Positions 39,396 through 51,537 of a stretch of DNA of 64,000 nucleotides are shown in pieces. The notes under the pieces are model-generated. The model was not told the DNA's origin, searched no databases, and was given only the letters and a program-made list of their open reading frames with translations. Positions within the stretch are counted from its first letter, which is position 1. Every line of letters begins with the position of its first letter. The DNA is from Bdellovibrionota bacterium. GTDB lineage: Bacteria; Bdellovibrionota_C; UBA2361; JBGSMV01. The translations under genes and the position numbers were made by a program. The stretch spans positions 96,001-160,000 of the forward strand of contig JBGSMV010000047.1 in NCBI GenBank assembly GCA_041739995.1, read 5' to 3'.

Positions 39396-40823
39396 ATGGA
39401 CACTTTGGGCGTTATAGTTCTTGCTGCCGGAATGGGGCGCCGCATCGGGGCGGAGACCCCAAAAGTGCTGCAACGCACCTCTGAGAACTCTCTGATCGGC
39501 CACGTGCTTGGCGAAGTACTTCCGCTCGCCCCCAAGCTGAGCGTGGTCGTTACCGGATTTAAGCGCGAGCTGGTTGAATCGGAAGTATCAACTTCGTTTA
39601 AAACCGAGTGCGCTAAAGGTTCTGTGCGCTTCGCGGTTCAAGAGCAGCAAAAAGGCACCGGGCATGCAGCACTTTGTGCCAAAGAGTCATTTAAAGATTT
39701 TGTCGGTACAGTTCTTATCCTGTGCGGGGATGCTCCATTAATAAAGCGTTCTTCGCTCGAGCGCTTGCTCTCTTTGCATGCTGAACAAAAAGCTACCGTA
39801 TCGATTTTGAGCGCCGAGCTTAATGACCCCGCTTCGTATGGACGAGTCCTCCGAGAGCCTGCAAGTGCCCGAGTGATTGCGATTCGCGAAGCTCGTGACT
39901 GCTCGCCCTCGGAGCTTCTGGTGCGCGAAGTAAACCAGGGCACCTATGCGGTTGATTCCGCTTTTCTTTGGGCGGCATTGGAACGAGTGACAAACACCAA
40001 TGCGCAAGGTGAGTTCTATTTGACCGACATCGTAGAGGCTGCCGTCTCAGAAGGACAAACTGTAGTCGCCATGCCTTTGCATGATGTGCAAGAAGCTTTG
40101 GGGGTAAACGACGCTTATGACCTGTCGCTCATAAATGCTGAATTGAATTCTCGCCGGGTGCATGCGTTACAGCGCAAGGGAGTTTTTATGTTGCAGCCCT
40201 CTTCGGTTTTTATCGACCCAACAGTGAGCGTTAACCTATCGGTAAAGATTGGCCCAAATGTGCAGCTAAAGGGAAATACGCAGCTTTCAGCGGGCGTCGT
40301 GATAGATGGACAGGCCCTCATTACCGATTGTTCAGTTGGCGAGAATGCGCACTTGAAACTTGGGTTGGTGGCTTCTGGAGCGCAGATTGGCCCCGGCGCA
40401 CAGATCGGACCCTTCGCGCACTTACGCGAAGGCACTGAACTCGCGGCCGAGGTGAAAATTGGTAACTTCGTTGAAACTAAGAAGGCCCGCCTTGCGCGCG
40501 GCGTCAAAGCCTCTCACCTTTCGTATCTTGGCGACTGTGAAGTCGGTGAAGACACCAACATTGGGGCCGGCACTATCACCTGCAATTACGATGGTTTTAA
40601 AAAGTCTGTAACGGTACTTGGTCGAGAAGTGTTTATTGGCAGCAACTCCTCTCTGGTTGCGCCCGTGACAGTAGAAGACGGCGCCACGGTCGGCGCAGGC
40701 TCAGTCATCACACAGAAAGTCACGAAAGACTCTCTCGCGCTCACCAGAGCGCCACAGGAGCAAAAAGACGGCTGGTCAAAAAGAAAGCGTGAACTACACG
40801 CTAAGCAGAAAGCTCGTAAGTAA
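39396..40823 (+). CDS. glmU: Bifunctional UDP-GlcNAc pyrophosphorylase / glucosamine-1-P acetyltransferase
   Basis: LAAGMG, Q.GTGHA, EFYLTD, GNFVETK, HLSYLGD, NIGAGTITCNYDG. Confidence 0.97.
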   Translation: MDTLGVIVLAAGMGRRIGAETPKVLQRTSENSLIGHVLGEVLPLAPKLSVVVTGFKRELVESEVSTSFKTECAKGSVRFAVQEQQKGTGHAALCAKESFKDFVGTVLILCGDAPLIKRSSLERLLSLHAEQKATVSILSAELNDPASYGRVLREPASARVIAIREARDCSPSELLVREVNQGTYAVDSAFLWAALERVTNTNAQGEFYLTDIVEAAVSEGQTVVAMPLHDVQEALGVNDAYDLSLINAELNSRRVHALQRKGVFMLQPSSVFIDPTVSVNLSVKIGPNVQLKGNTQLSAGVVIDGQALITDCSVGENAHLKLGLVASGAQIGPGAQIGPFAHLREGTELAAEVKIGNFVETKKARLARGVKASHLSYLGDCEVGEDTNIGAGTITCNYDGFKKSVTVLGREVFIGSNSSLVAPVTVEDGATVGAGSVITQKVTKDSLALTRAPQEQKDGWSKRKRELHAKQKARK

Positions 40824-40842
40824 CTGAGCGCGACAAAAAGAC

Positions 40843-40890
40843 AAAGACAGGGTCCTAGAAAGACAGGGTCCTAGAAAGACAAGGTCCTAG
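40843..40890. repeat. 16-bp tandem repeat x3, each ending in CTAG
   Basis: aaagacagggtcctag x2 followed by aaagacaaggtcctag. Confidence 0.85.
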
Positions 40891-40968
40891 GAGGCAAGGT
40901 TCCGCCTTCGCTCTCATGTGCCTGTGCACAGTACCTGCGTCCCAGAGCCTATAGTCACAGACTCCTAG
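40887..40968 (-). mobile_element. Internally shortened family C element
   Basis: Reverse complement ctaggagtctgtgac...gcacaggcaca...gagcgaaggcgga...cctag. Confidence 0.75.
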
Positions 40969-41096
40969 GAAAGTAGCTTCTTAAGCTTCACGTCCTTGGC
41001 AGCCTGCTCTTTACGCAGCTTGAGCTGTCGACGCTTCAAAAGCTTGGCGTCGCGAGCGTTTCTCTTGTTCCATGAGATTTTGGTTGGTGATGCCAT
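40965..41096 (-). CDS. Small basic protein, 43 aa (not in ORF track)
   Basis: Hand translation MASPTKISWNKRNARDAKLLKRRQLKLRKEQAAKDVKLKKLLS; AGGGG upstream of ATG; co-oriented downstream of gyrB. Confidence 0.6.
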   Translation of the reverse strand: MASPTKISWNKRNARDAKLLKRRQLKLRKEQAAKDVKLKKLLS

Positions 41097-41256
41097 AACA
41101 AGCCCCTAAAAAATTCTGTAAGCTGTTCTCGCCCTAAACTTCCAAGCGAGCAAACTTCGAAACAAATCGGCAAAACAAACTAGCGCTGCTTCCCGACACT
41201 ACTGCCCGACAACTACTGCCCGGCGCTATATTCAAAGTTGCTTTAGAAACAGCACG

Positions 41257-43875
<2,619 letters not shown>

Positions 43876-43964
43876 CTATCGCGAGAAGGTTCTAGACAAG
43901 CTCTCAGTGATAATTTCCTCAATAGTATAGCCCGGTTAATGAAAAGAGGTAAAGACGCTTTCAG

Positions 43965-45074
43965 CTATGAATCTCTAGTAATTACTTGCCCTTGCGAGAC
44001 TTCAAAACGTCGTACCGGACGCTCTCCAACAAGCATCTGTGGTGGGGTCGAAACACCCGTCACAAAGACCTGCCGACCGGTTCTTCGAACCTCACTGAGC
44101 AGCGTCGCGGTTCGCGTTTCGTCCAGCTCAGATTCAAAGTCGTCGAGAATAAGCACCGGCAAATCCCCGCGTTCTTCTTCAATCAGATCTACCATCGCCA
44201 GCTTTAGCGCCAACACCAAGCTGCGCGATTGGCCCTGAGAGGCAAAGGATCGAGCATCGTGCCCACCGAGCTCTAAAACATACTCATCGCGGTGTGGACC
44301 AAAGAGACAGGTGCGCTGACGAATTTCTCTGCCACGATTTTCCCCTAAATGTTCAGCAATTTGCTGCACGCTGAGCTCTTCCCCAAGCGAAGGAACAAAC
44401 CGAATGTTAAGAGCGCCGTCTTGTAGGGTCATCTCTGATAGACAAAGCCTGGCGCGTAGCTGAACGCGTTGAACGAACTCAGCACGAGTTGCGGCAAGCG
44501 CCACGCTGTGTCTGGCAATTAACGCATCGCAGGTGTCAAGTGCGGTAAGGTCTGGATTCTTATCCTTTAACACTTTTGATTTTAATCGAACCGCATGATG
44601 AGCCTCGAACAGCGCGGGCGCCACTGAAGGGAAGCAGTCGACTAGGTGCTTATCAAAAAACCTGCGCCTTAGTGCTGGAGCGCCCTTTACCAGCGCAATG
44701 TCGCCGGGCGAAAAAGTCACTGCGAGCAGCCTACCTAGTAACGCGCTTAGGGACGGGAGTGGCTCTTGGTCAAGATAGGCCGTTCTGGAACTTTTCTTTA
44801 CTACAATTCCAATGCGGTAAGTGTCAGCCTGCTGCTGCTTTTGCTCGGTGGTGATTTGGGAAAATACTGAACATTCCCCAGCGCCCCAGCGCGATAGTTC
44901 TTCCACCGAGGAGGTTCTAAAGGAGCGTGCGGTGGCAAGTAGGTGAATAGCTTCGACGAAATTGGTTTTGCCCTGGCCATTAAGGCCGACCAGAAAGTTT
45001 ACTCCTGGACCACAAGAAATTATTCCGTCGTGGAGGTTTCGAAACTGAAAAAATTGAATGTGATCAATGCGCAA
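43965..45074 (-). CDS. recF: DNA replication/repair protein RecF
   Basis: FRN, GLNGQGKTN, GPHRD, ASQGQ, LDDFESELD; dnaN-gyrB synteny. Confidence 0.95.
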   Translation of the reverse strand: MRIDHIQFFQFRNLHDGIISCGPGVNFLVGLNGQGKTNFVEAIHLLATARSFRTSSVEELSRWGAGECSVFSQITTEQKQQQADTYRIGIVVKKSSRTAYLDQEPLPSLSALLGRLLAVTFSPGDIALVKGAPALRRRFFDKHLVDCFPSVAPALFEAHHAVRLKSKVLKDKNPDLTALDTCDALIARHSVALAATRAEFVQRVQLRARLCLSEMTLQDGALNIRFVPSLGEELSVQQIAEHLGENRGREIRQRTCLFGPHRDEYVLELGGHDARSFASQGQSRSLVLALKLAMVDLIEEERGDLPVLILDDFESELDETRTATLLSEVRRTGRQVFVTGVSTPPQMLVGERPVRRFEVSQGQVITRDS

Positions 45075-45149
45075 GTGGTCCTGTCTCGCCGCGTAAAAGA
45101 AATATGCGTTTAGAGATTGGTCCTACTAAACTCACAGAAAATTTCAGGC

Positions 45150-46310
45150 CTATAGTCGCATCGGCATGACGATTGCGATTGAAGACTCATCCTGCTCCGC
45201 AAAGAACTTTCCTGGTCCCACCTCGCCGTTGAGTTCCAAGGTCATCGACTCGCATTCTCCCAGCGCATTCGCCACATCGAGTAAATACCCGGCATTAAAG
45301 CCGATTGTAGTAACGGCGCCATCATAACTAACTGGCAGCTCCTCTGATGCTTCACCTAGTTCTGGTGACGAACTAGAAATTCTTAATGCTCCAGGAGAGA
45401 ACGCGAGGCGTACGCCCTTCTCTCTGTCGGTAACAATCAACATTACCCGACGAAGCGCATGAGTTATCTCGTTGGTGTTCAACGTGGCTCTCACGCCCTT
45501 TTGTTGCGGAAGTACTTGGCTGTAATCAGGATACTGAGCTTCAATTAGACGCGCAGCGAGTTTGAACTCTGCGGTCTCAAGGAGAAAGAATCCTTCAGCT
45601 ATGCCAAACGCTACTTCTTTGTCCCCTTCAAGTTCCAATACACGACGAATCTCTGAGAGCGCCTTGCGAGGGACTATCACCCGACCATCAAACGACAATC
45701 CCGCCACTGGTCTGGTCGCTATCGCCAAACGATGTCCGTCAGTCGCCACCAATCGCAGCAGGGCGGCACCTCCAGAATCTTTCTTCTTCGCTTTGGGAGC
45801 CTTCGCAGATCCATCTACAAGATTCTCAAAACATACCCCATTGAGGTTGAATCTCGTTTCATCGAGAGAAACGGCATAGAGAGTTCTATTTATCATCTCT
45901 AGCAAAGAGCGTGCACTAACCGTGTCCGCTGCCTCACAGGCCAAACCTGGAAGCGTGGGGTACTCTTCAGCGCTCACTCCAACTATCTTGAACTTCGATC
46001 CCTTGGCCTGAACCTCAAGACGCTCTCCTTCTCCAAGGGTAAGACGAACCTCCCCATCAGGGAGCTCGCGAATGATATCAGTAAATACTTTTGCGTTTAC
46101 GGTCGTGCTGCCCCCAGACTTCACTGAAGCTTTCACTTTTGAAACGGCACTCAGCTCAAGATCTGAAGCAGATAACTTAATGCAGCCGGATTTTTGATCG
46201 ACGCTTATTAAAAGATTCGAAAGGATCGGCATTGTGGTGCGCTTTGAGACCGCACTTTGGACAAGTTGAAGCGCCTTACTAAAATCTTCTTTCGATACAA
46301 CAACGTTCAT
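45150..46310 (-). CDS. dnaN: DNA polymerase III beta sliding clamp
   Basis: TMPILSN, ASDLE, VATDGHRL, YPDY, GFNAGYLLD, VMPMRL. Confidence 0.97.
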   Translation of the reverse strand: MNVVVSKEDFSKALQLVQSAVSKRTTMPILSNLLISVDQKSGCIKLSASDLELSAVSKVKASVKSGGSTTVNAKVFTDIIRELPDGEVRLTLGEGERLEVQAKGSKFKIVGVSAEEYPTLPGLACEAADTVSARSLLEMINRTLYAVSLDETRFNLNGVCFENLVDGSAKAPKAKKKDSGGAALLRLVATDGHRLAIATRPVAGLSFDGRVIVPRKALSEIRRVLELEGDKEVAFGIAEGFFLLETAEFKLAARLIEAQYPDYSQVLPQQKGVRATLNTNEITHALRRVMLIVTDREKGVRLAFSPGALRISSSSPELGEASEELPVSYDGAVTTIGFNAGYLLDVANALGECESMTLELNGEVGPGKFFAEQDESSIAIVMPMRL

Positions 46311-46339
46311 ATATTTACCTCACCGATACTTCACGCCGT

Positions 46340-46630
46340 AATGTTCGGTCTTCATCTATTATTAATTAATATATAGTAGCAGTAGTAATAGGCTGTCTTT
46401 TCTCTGTGAAGAAGAACATCAACCAACCAGATTTACGAGCGAATCCTGATATACATCTTGTTGGTAGCACGAGGAAAACATACCTCAGAAATCCACAGCC
46501 TGTGTGTAACAAATAGCCCTTCCCTATCTACAATCTAGTTACACCGGGTCTCCAAGAGCTTTTCCACAGCAATTACCGGAAAAAAATGAGTAATAATAAT
46601 AAGTTAATGTAATTATTCACAACGCAGCTC
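46340..46630. other. Probable chromosomal replication origin (oriC)
   Basis: DnaA boxes TTATTCACA (46613), TTTTCCACA (46560), AAATCCACA (46489), TGTGTGTAA (46501), TGTGAAGAA (46405); DnaA-trio run TAG TAG CAG TAG TAA TAG (46374-46391); adjacent AT-rich tract; lies between dnaA and dnaN. Confidence 0.85.
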
Positions 46631-46755
46631 GGTCGTCTCGCCGTATGGGGGAAGCGCACTACTAGGTTCCGTTTTAAGAGCGCGCCCTCAGACTGAAGGA
46701 GTTGTCATCAAAGCCAGATAAAAATCCCAAGAAAAAACTAACTACTGAGCGAAAA

Positions 46756-48483
46756 TTACTGTGCAAGAAGACGGCGCTCAATCTCGCTTACGAGCTCACG
46801 CACCTTCTCATCTGAAGCAACCTTAGTTGAAACCACACCCGCAGCGTGAATCACACTCGAATGATCTCTATTCCCAAAATGCCCTCCGATCTCAGGATAC
46901 GAAGCGGTGGTATGCTTTCGACAAAGATACATCGCTATGTGCCGAGGAAAGGAAAGATTTTTTGTGCGACGCTTCGATATGATCTCTGACACCTTGATTC
47001 CAAAGTGCAACGAAACCGAACGCTTAATGTCGTCAACGGAAATACTGGTCTGTTTTGGTTGAATTAAGGGCTTCAAAGCTGCCGCAGCCGATTCAAGAGT
47101 GAGCTCTATTTTTTGAAGACTTGAGATGGCATGCAGGCGCGTGAGCGCGCCCTCGAGCTCTCGGACGTTCGATGAAATCTTCTCTGCAATGAACTGAGCG
47201 ACGTCTTGTGGTAGCGCAAAGCCATCGAGCGCAGCTTTTCTTCGGATAATAGCCACTCGGGTTTCAAAATCAGGCGCTTGCAAGTCCGCGGTAAGTCCCC
47301 AGGCGAAGCGAGTTTGAAGACGCTCTTCAAGGCCCGGAATATCTTGAGGGATCTTGTCTGAGGTAATTACTATTTGGTGCTTGGCATTATAGAGCGTGTT
47401 GAAGGTGTGGAAGAACTCTTCTTGAGTGCGCTCTTTACCGCACATGAACTGAATATCATCGATGAGCAGCAGCTCAACGTCACGCATCTTGCGTTTGAAT
47501 TCGTCCATCTTGGCGTTTCTAAGCGCCTGAATAAGTTCATTGGTAAATGTTTCTGACGAGAGATACACCACGCGCGCCGTGGGCTGGCGATCGAGCGCCG
47601 CATTTCCAATTGCATGTAAGAGATGTGTTTTTCCAAGTCCTACGCCGCCGTAGATAAAAAGCGGATTATAATTTTTGCCTGGCTCTTCGGCTACGCGCTG
47701 CGCAGCGGCATTACAAAACTGATTGCTGTTCCCGACAACGAAATTTTGAAATGTGTACTTAGGGTTGAGGCCTGCGCGCACGCGACGGTCGTGTACAGAG
47801 ATGCCGCGCACGGAGATGCGAGCTCCCTCAGTTCGCGCTCCTCCAGGCTGTACCGAGCCTTCGACCGAGTTTCCCAAAGAATTTCTAACTTCCGCCCTAA
47901 CAGGAGCTCTTCTTGAAGCAAGAGCTCCCAAGGAAGAGCCAATCGGCGAGAGCCCCCTGCCCTTTGACTCCGCAGAGGCGTCGCTACGACCCGCTGAAGC
48001 GCTCATGCGGTGACCACGAGCACGAGGAGCCTCATTTCCTTTCGATGAAGCATCGACAAGGAACTTCAAACCAAAAGAGTGCGCATCAATTTCTCTAAAA
48101 GCTTCGGCCTCTTGGCGCAATACGCACAGCAACACGTCTGAAAAAGTTCGCTCGACGTGGTTTCTAATGAAGGTTGAAGGAGCTGCAACAACGAATTCTC
48201 GCTTCGAAAGGCTTACTGAAGCTAGGCCAAGCGGGGCGACGTAGGCTGAAAAGAGATGATCGTTCATTTCCCGCCTTAGACGGGTGATGCTTCGAGTCCA
48301 AAGATCTTCGACGCGAGAGGAGGCAAGCCTGTCCCCAGAAGCTTTAATGGCTTCATGCCCAGGGGCAGACGCGGAGTCGACGACACCAGAACCTTGCAAA
48401 AGCAAGCCTGAGCCCGTCGAATCTGAATCCGCAACTTCCGGAATGCCTGAGCTTTCAGTCACCAGCACTTCTCCAAAGATCAA
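46756..48483 (-). CDS. dnaA: Chromosomal replication initiator DnaA
   Basis: LNPKYTFQNFVVG, GGVGLGKTHL, IDDIQF, QEEFFHTFN, NVRELEGAL, RDHSSV; start uncertain. Confidence 0.98.
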   Translation of the reverse strand: MIFGEVLVTESSGIPEVADSDSTGSGLLLQGSGVVDSASAPGHEAIKASGDRLASSRVEDLWTRSITRLRREMNDHLFSAYVAPLGLASVSLSKREFVVAAPSTFIRNHVERTFSDVLLCVLRQEAEAFREIDAHSFGLKFLVDASSKGNEAPRARGHRMSASAGRSDASAESKGRGLSPIGSSLGALASRRAPVRAEVRNSLGNSVEGSVQPGGARTEGARISVRGISVHDRRVRAGLNPKYTFQNFVVGNSNQFCNAAAQRVAEEPGKNYNPLFIYGGVGLGKTHLLHAIGNAALDRQPTARVVYLSSETFTNELIQALRNAKMDEFKRKMRDVELLLIDDIQFMCGKERTQEEFFHTFNTLYNAKHQIVITSDKIPQDIPGLEERLQTRFAWGLTADLQAPDFETRVAIIRRKAALDGFALPQDVAQFIAEKISSNVRELEGALTRLHAISSLQKIELTLESAAAALKPLIQPKQTSISVDDIKRSVSLHFGIKVSEIISKRRTKNLSFPRHIAMYLCRKHTTASYPEIGGHFGNRDHSSVIHAAGVVSTKVASDEKVRELVSEIERRLLAQ

Positions 48484-49026
48484 AATCTACCAAACCCAAA
48501 CCTCTCTTGCCCCCAGTTAGGGGAAAGGCCGAATTTGCCCTGCGACTCTCTGGTCGCCTCATCAGCTCGAGGGGCTATGCAGCCAAAGCCCCACTTTCAT
48601 TACCGCGGCACCTTGCCGCACTTCCGTATTAGAGCTTCAAGTCTTCAAAACAACAGAAGATCCAATCACGCACCAACACAAGAACGTCGCCAGAACACAC
48701 AATACAGTACGCGCGGCTCGCCTACATAAAAGGCACCACGTCACGCAGAAATGCTGCTTTAAACGATTCTAGGCTGAACCAGATTGCAGGAACGCCCAAG
48801 TAGTGAAGCAAACCTCAAAGCCCCCGATCCAATCATGCTCAAACGAGCTGAGGCGCGAGCCTCGAGCGCCGGAGAAAACACATCGAACGGGAGCAATTGA
48901 ATTCGAGCGCTCTCGACGATTCGAGAACACCAAGTACCTAGGTTTCCCATCGATACACATAACCTATAGCAAAAACTAAAACTTAAGCTCAAAAAGCCCG
49001 GAAAAAGACACGAAGCGAGGACAGAT

Positions 49027-49061
49027 GAGCGGAGGGATGCTGCGCGGAGGGATGCTGAGCG
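49027..49061. repeat. 15-bp tandem repeat, about 2.3 copies
   Basis: gagcggagggatgct gcgcggagggatgct gagcg. Confidence 0.7.
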
Positions 49062-49128
49062 AAAAGAAAAAGATTTAATTCGACGCCACATTGAAGACTT
49101 CAACATTTCAGAGGACTTCAGTCTGTCC

Positions 49129-49218
49129 ACTGAGGATATTAACACTGAGGATCTCAACACTGAGGATCTCAACACCGAGGATCTCAACACTAAGGATCTC
49201 AACGCCGAGAGGCTCAGC
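49129..49218. repeat. 15-bp tandem repeat x5 plus one degenerate copy (ACTGAGGATCTCAAC)
   Basis: Units at 49129, 49144, 49159, 49174 and 49189; degenerate copy at 49204. Confidence 0.9.
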
Positions 49219-49601
49219 GCAAGAGAGATAGCTCGGCGCCAATTTGAGAAGTGCTGTAACATCAACTTCGGACTCAAAACGAAAGAAAGAAAGCAGTCTA
49301 ACTGAACTACGTAAGGAAGGAAGTAAATAATGCGCCGAATCATGTATTGAGTGTTTTTTCAAACTCTCAAACAAAACTCATCATCGATTCCCTACGCAAC
49401 ACAAACTTCAAACTTCAAGTTCATGTCGATGTAGCATGCATGTATAGTGAGGACTGAGAACTTTACAAGCGCGAACGAAGAAAAACTTTTTTGTCGTTCT
49501 AAAACAAATGAAATCAAATCTTTCCTTGGTTTCACTTTCGCAAAGTGCAAATCACTTAAAGTAAGATCGACGACAACGGCACGCGAAAGCGTGCGAACAA
49601 G

Positions 49602-50090
49602 ATGCAAATAGCGGAAAATTCAACGACGATTACCATGGATTCGGCACTCGAAATCGAGCGTAGCGCTCGCGTGGTGCTGCGCTGTTCACTTGTCGTCGCA
49701 ATCGGCACCTCTTTTCTTGGGTTGATGGCTTGGAAAGTGGGAGAGTTTCATTATTGGCGCGAGCTGTTTGTTGGAACGTCCTTCATGCTCGCTACCACGG
49801 CCTTCTATAGTGAGTTAGGTCAGACCCTCCTTCTACCAGGACGCAGCCTTATTCGATTGGGGGTGGTTGCTACGCTCAAACTTAGCCTGCTGACAGCGAT
49901 TATACTTCCGATTGTTGCCATCGAAGGCACCGGATACAGCAGTCTTTCGTCTATGTGGTTCGTGATAGGCTTCTTAACGCTTATCCCGACTGGAGTTTTG
50001 CTCGCATGGACGCTTTCTCGCCCGCCTCAGGGAAGTCCAGAAGTGAGAGGACCACAGGGCTCACCGCAAGTGGTGCCCGGCGCCTCTTAG
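49602..50090 (+). CDS. Four-TM membrane protein, AtpI-like
   Basis: Four hydrophobic segments immediately upstream of atpB; assignment is positional. Confidence 0.55.
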   Translation: MQIAENSTTITMDSALEIERSARVVLRCSLVVAIGTSFLGLMAWKVGEFHYWRELFVGTSFMLATTAFYSELGQTLLLPGRSLIRLGVVATLKLSLLTAIILPIVAIEGTGYSSLSSMWFVIGFLTLIPTGVLLAWTLSRPPQGSPEVRGPQGSPQVVPGAS

Positions 50091-50190
50091 TTTCTCCTCT
50101 GCGTTGATTTTGTTTGGTCATTGCTGTAAAAAATCGGGGGCTTAAGCCGTCTCCCGGCTCTTAAATTTGAACTGACTTAAGGCGAACTTC

Positions 50191-50940
50191 GTGGCTGGAC
50201 ATCACACCTACTTTAGCTACCCAATCTCGTCGCTGTACCACGACACTGAAATTAGCAGCGTGCTACCGGATGTGGAGAGATTCGCCTTCGTCGCTTTCGT
50301 TTGTACGGCGTTGCTCTTTATTGGGCTGCGCCTTTCTCGCCGGTTGAAGACCAAAGAGGGACGACAGAACGAGGTTATTCCCCAAAGCTCCCTCAATCCC
50401 TTTTCTCTCTTTGAAGCGAGCGTTGAAATGTTCGCAAAGTTCTATGACACAGTTCTTGGTGGCCATGATGGCCGCCGACACTTGCCGTTCGTTTTTTCCG
50501 TGTTCATTCTCATTTTCACCTTGAACCTGCTCGGGCTTATCCCAGGCTTCCCCTCCGGGACGAACACCGTATGGTTTAACGTAGGCGTTGCTTTAGTAGT
50601 ATTTGGCTACTTCAACACTGTAGGCGTAAAGGAGCAGGGACTCGGGGGGTATCTCAAGCATTTTTGTGGTCCGATACTGCTTCTGGCTCCTTTCATGTTC
50701 GTCCTAGAGATTTTTAGCATCTGCCTTCGGGTGCTCACGCTCAATCTGCGTCTCTATTGGAATATAAAGGCCGACCACGACGTGGTCAGCGTTTTTACCG
50801 ACCTCTTGCCCCCGGGCATTCCAGTAATCTTCTACCTACTGGGAACTTTTGTATGTTTTATGCAGGCCTTTATTTTCTCTACGCTCACAATGGTGTACAT
50901 CCTCCTTGCCTCTCATCACGAAGAGGAGCATCAGCATTAG
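50191..50940 (+). CDS. atpB: F0F1 ATP synthase subunit a
   Basis: NLLGLIPG, RVLTLNLRLYWNI (essential Arg), MQAFIFSTLTMVYI. Confidence 0.95.
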   Translation: MAGHHTYFSYPISSLYHDTEISSVLPDVERFAFVAFVCTALLFIGLRLSRRLKTKEGRQNEVIPQSSLNPFSLFEASVEMFAKFYDTVLGGHDGRRHLPFVFSVFILIFTLNLLGLIPGFPSGTNTVWFNVGVALVVFGYFNTVGVKEQGLGGYLKHFCGPILLLAPFMFVLEIFSICLRVLTLNLRLYWNIKADHDVVSVFTDLLPPGIPVIFYLLGTFVCFMQAFIFSTLTMVYILLASHHEEEHQH

Positions 50941-51054
50941 TCTGGGCGCGGCACGGTGTGTTCGTAGCGCGGTGTGATGTGGATATTAAAAGTGGCACGC
51001 AGTGGCAAATGTTGCGAAAGCAAATGTTGCGAATGATGGTGCTGATTTAGTGTA

Positions 51055-51417
51055 ATGTTGGAAAAACCTATGAAGAACAAATTAGTAAAGGGCATTAAGT
51101 TCTCCTCAGCTCTTCTTCTCTCACAGTTGCTTGTTGGACAGGCGCTTCTCGCTCCAGGAGTTGCAGTAGCAGCTGACGGCGCAGGCGGCTCTGACAATGG
51201 AATGATTGCGATCGGCGCTGCTATCGCAATTGGGCTTGCCGCTCTTGGTGGTACTCTTAGTCAAGGCCGAGCGATTTCCTCAGGACTTGAAGCCATTGGC
51301 CGTAACCCTTCCGCTTCAGGAAAGGTATTCGTACCGATGCTTCTCGGGTTGGCTCTTATCGAGTCTCTCGTGATCATTTCCTTCGTAATCGCGAACAACT
51401 TGGCTGGTAAGTTCTAA
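51055..51417 (+). CDS. atpE: F0F1 ATP synthase subunit c with N-terminal extension
   Basis: AIGLAALGG..SQG, GRNP loop, ALIES carboxylate; start at 51055 or 51070. Confidence 0.95.
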   Translation: MLEKPMKNKLVKGIKFSSALLLSQLLVGQALLAPGVAVAADGAGGSDNGMIAIGAAIAIGLAALGGTLSQGRAISSGLEAIGRNPSASGKVFVPMLLGLALIESLVIISFVIANNLAGKF

Positions 51418-51472
51418 GACACTTAGGCTTAACTGTTAAGTTTTTTGGACTTAGCGAAAAGCGAAAATAGTG

Positions 51473-51503
51473 GGGGCGCTTTCAGTTTTGCTGAAAGCGC
51501 CCC
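51473..51503. terminator. Hairpin, likely bidirectional terminator between convergent atpE and trxB
   Basis: Perfect 13-bp stem ggggcgctttcag / ctgaaagcgcccc with 5-nt loop. Confidence 0.75.
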
Positions 51504-51537
51504 TGCTTGTTTGCGACTTGCTCTAAAGCACTTAGAA

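Noticed and set aside
48759..49374. ORFs 48759-49343 and 49108-49374
   Set aside because: Kept open by 15-bp repeats, low complexity, no recognisable features
50993..51007. Sigma-54 site upstream of atpE (TGGCAC...)
   Set aside because: GG-to-GC spacing is 9 nt rather than the required 10
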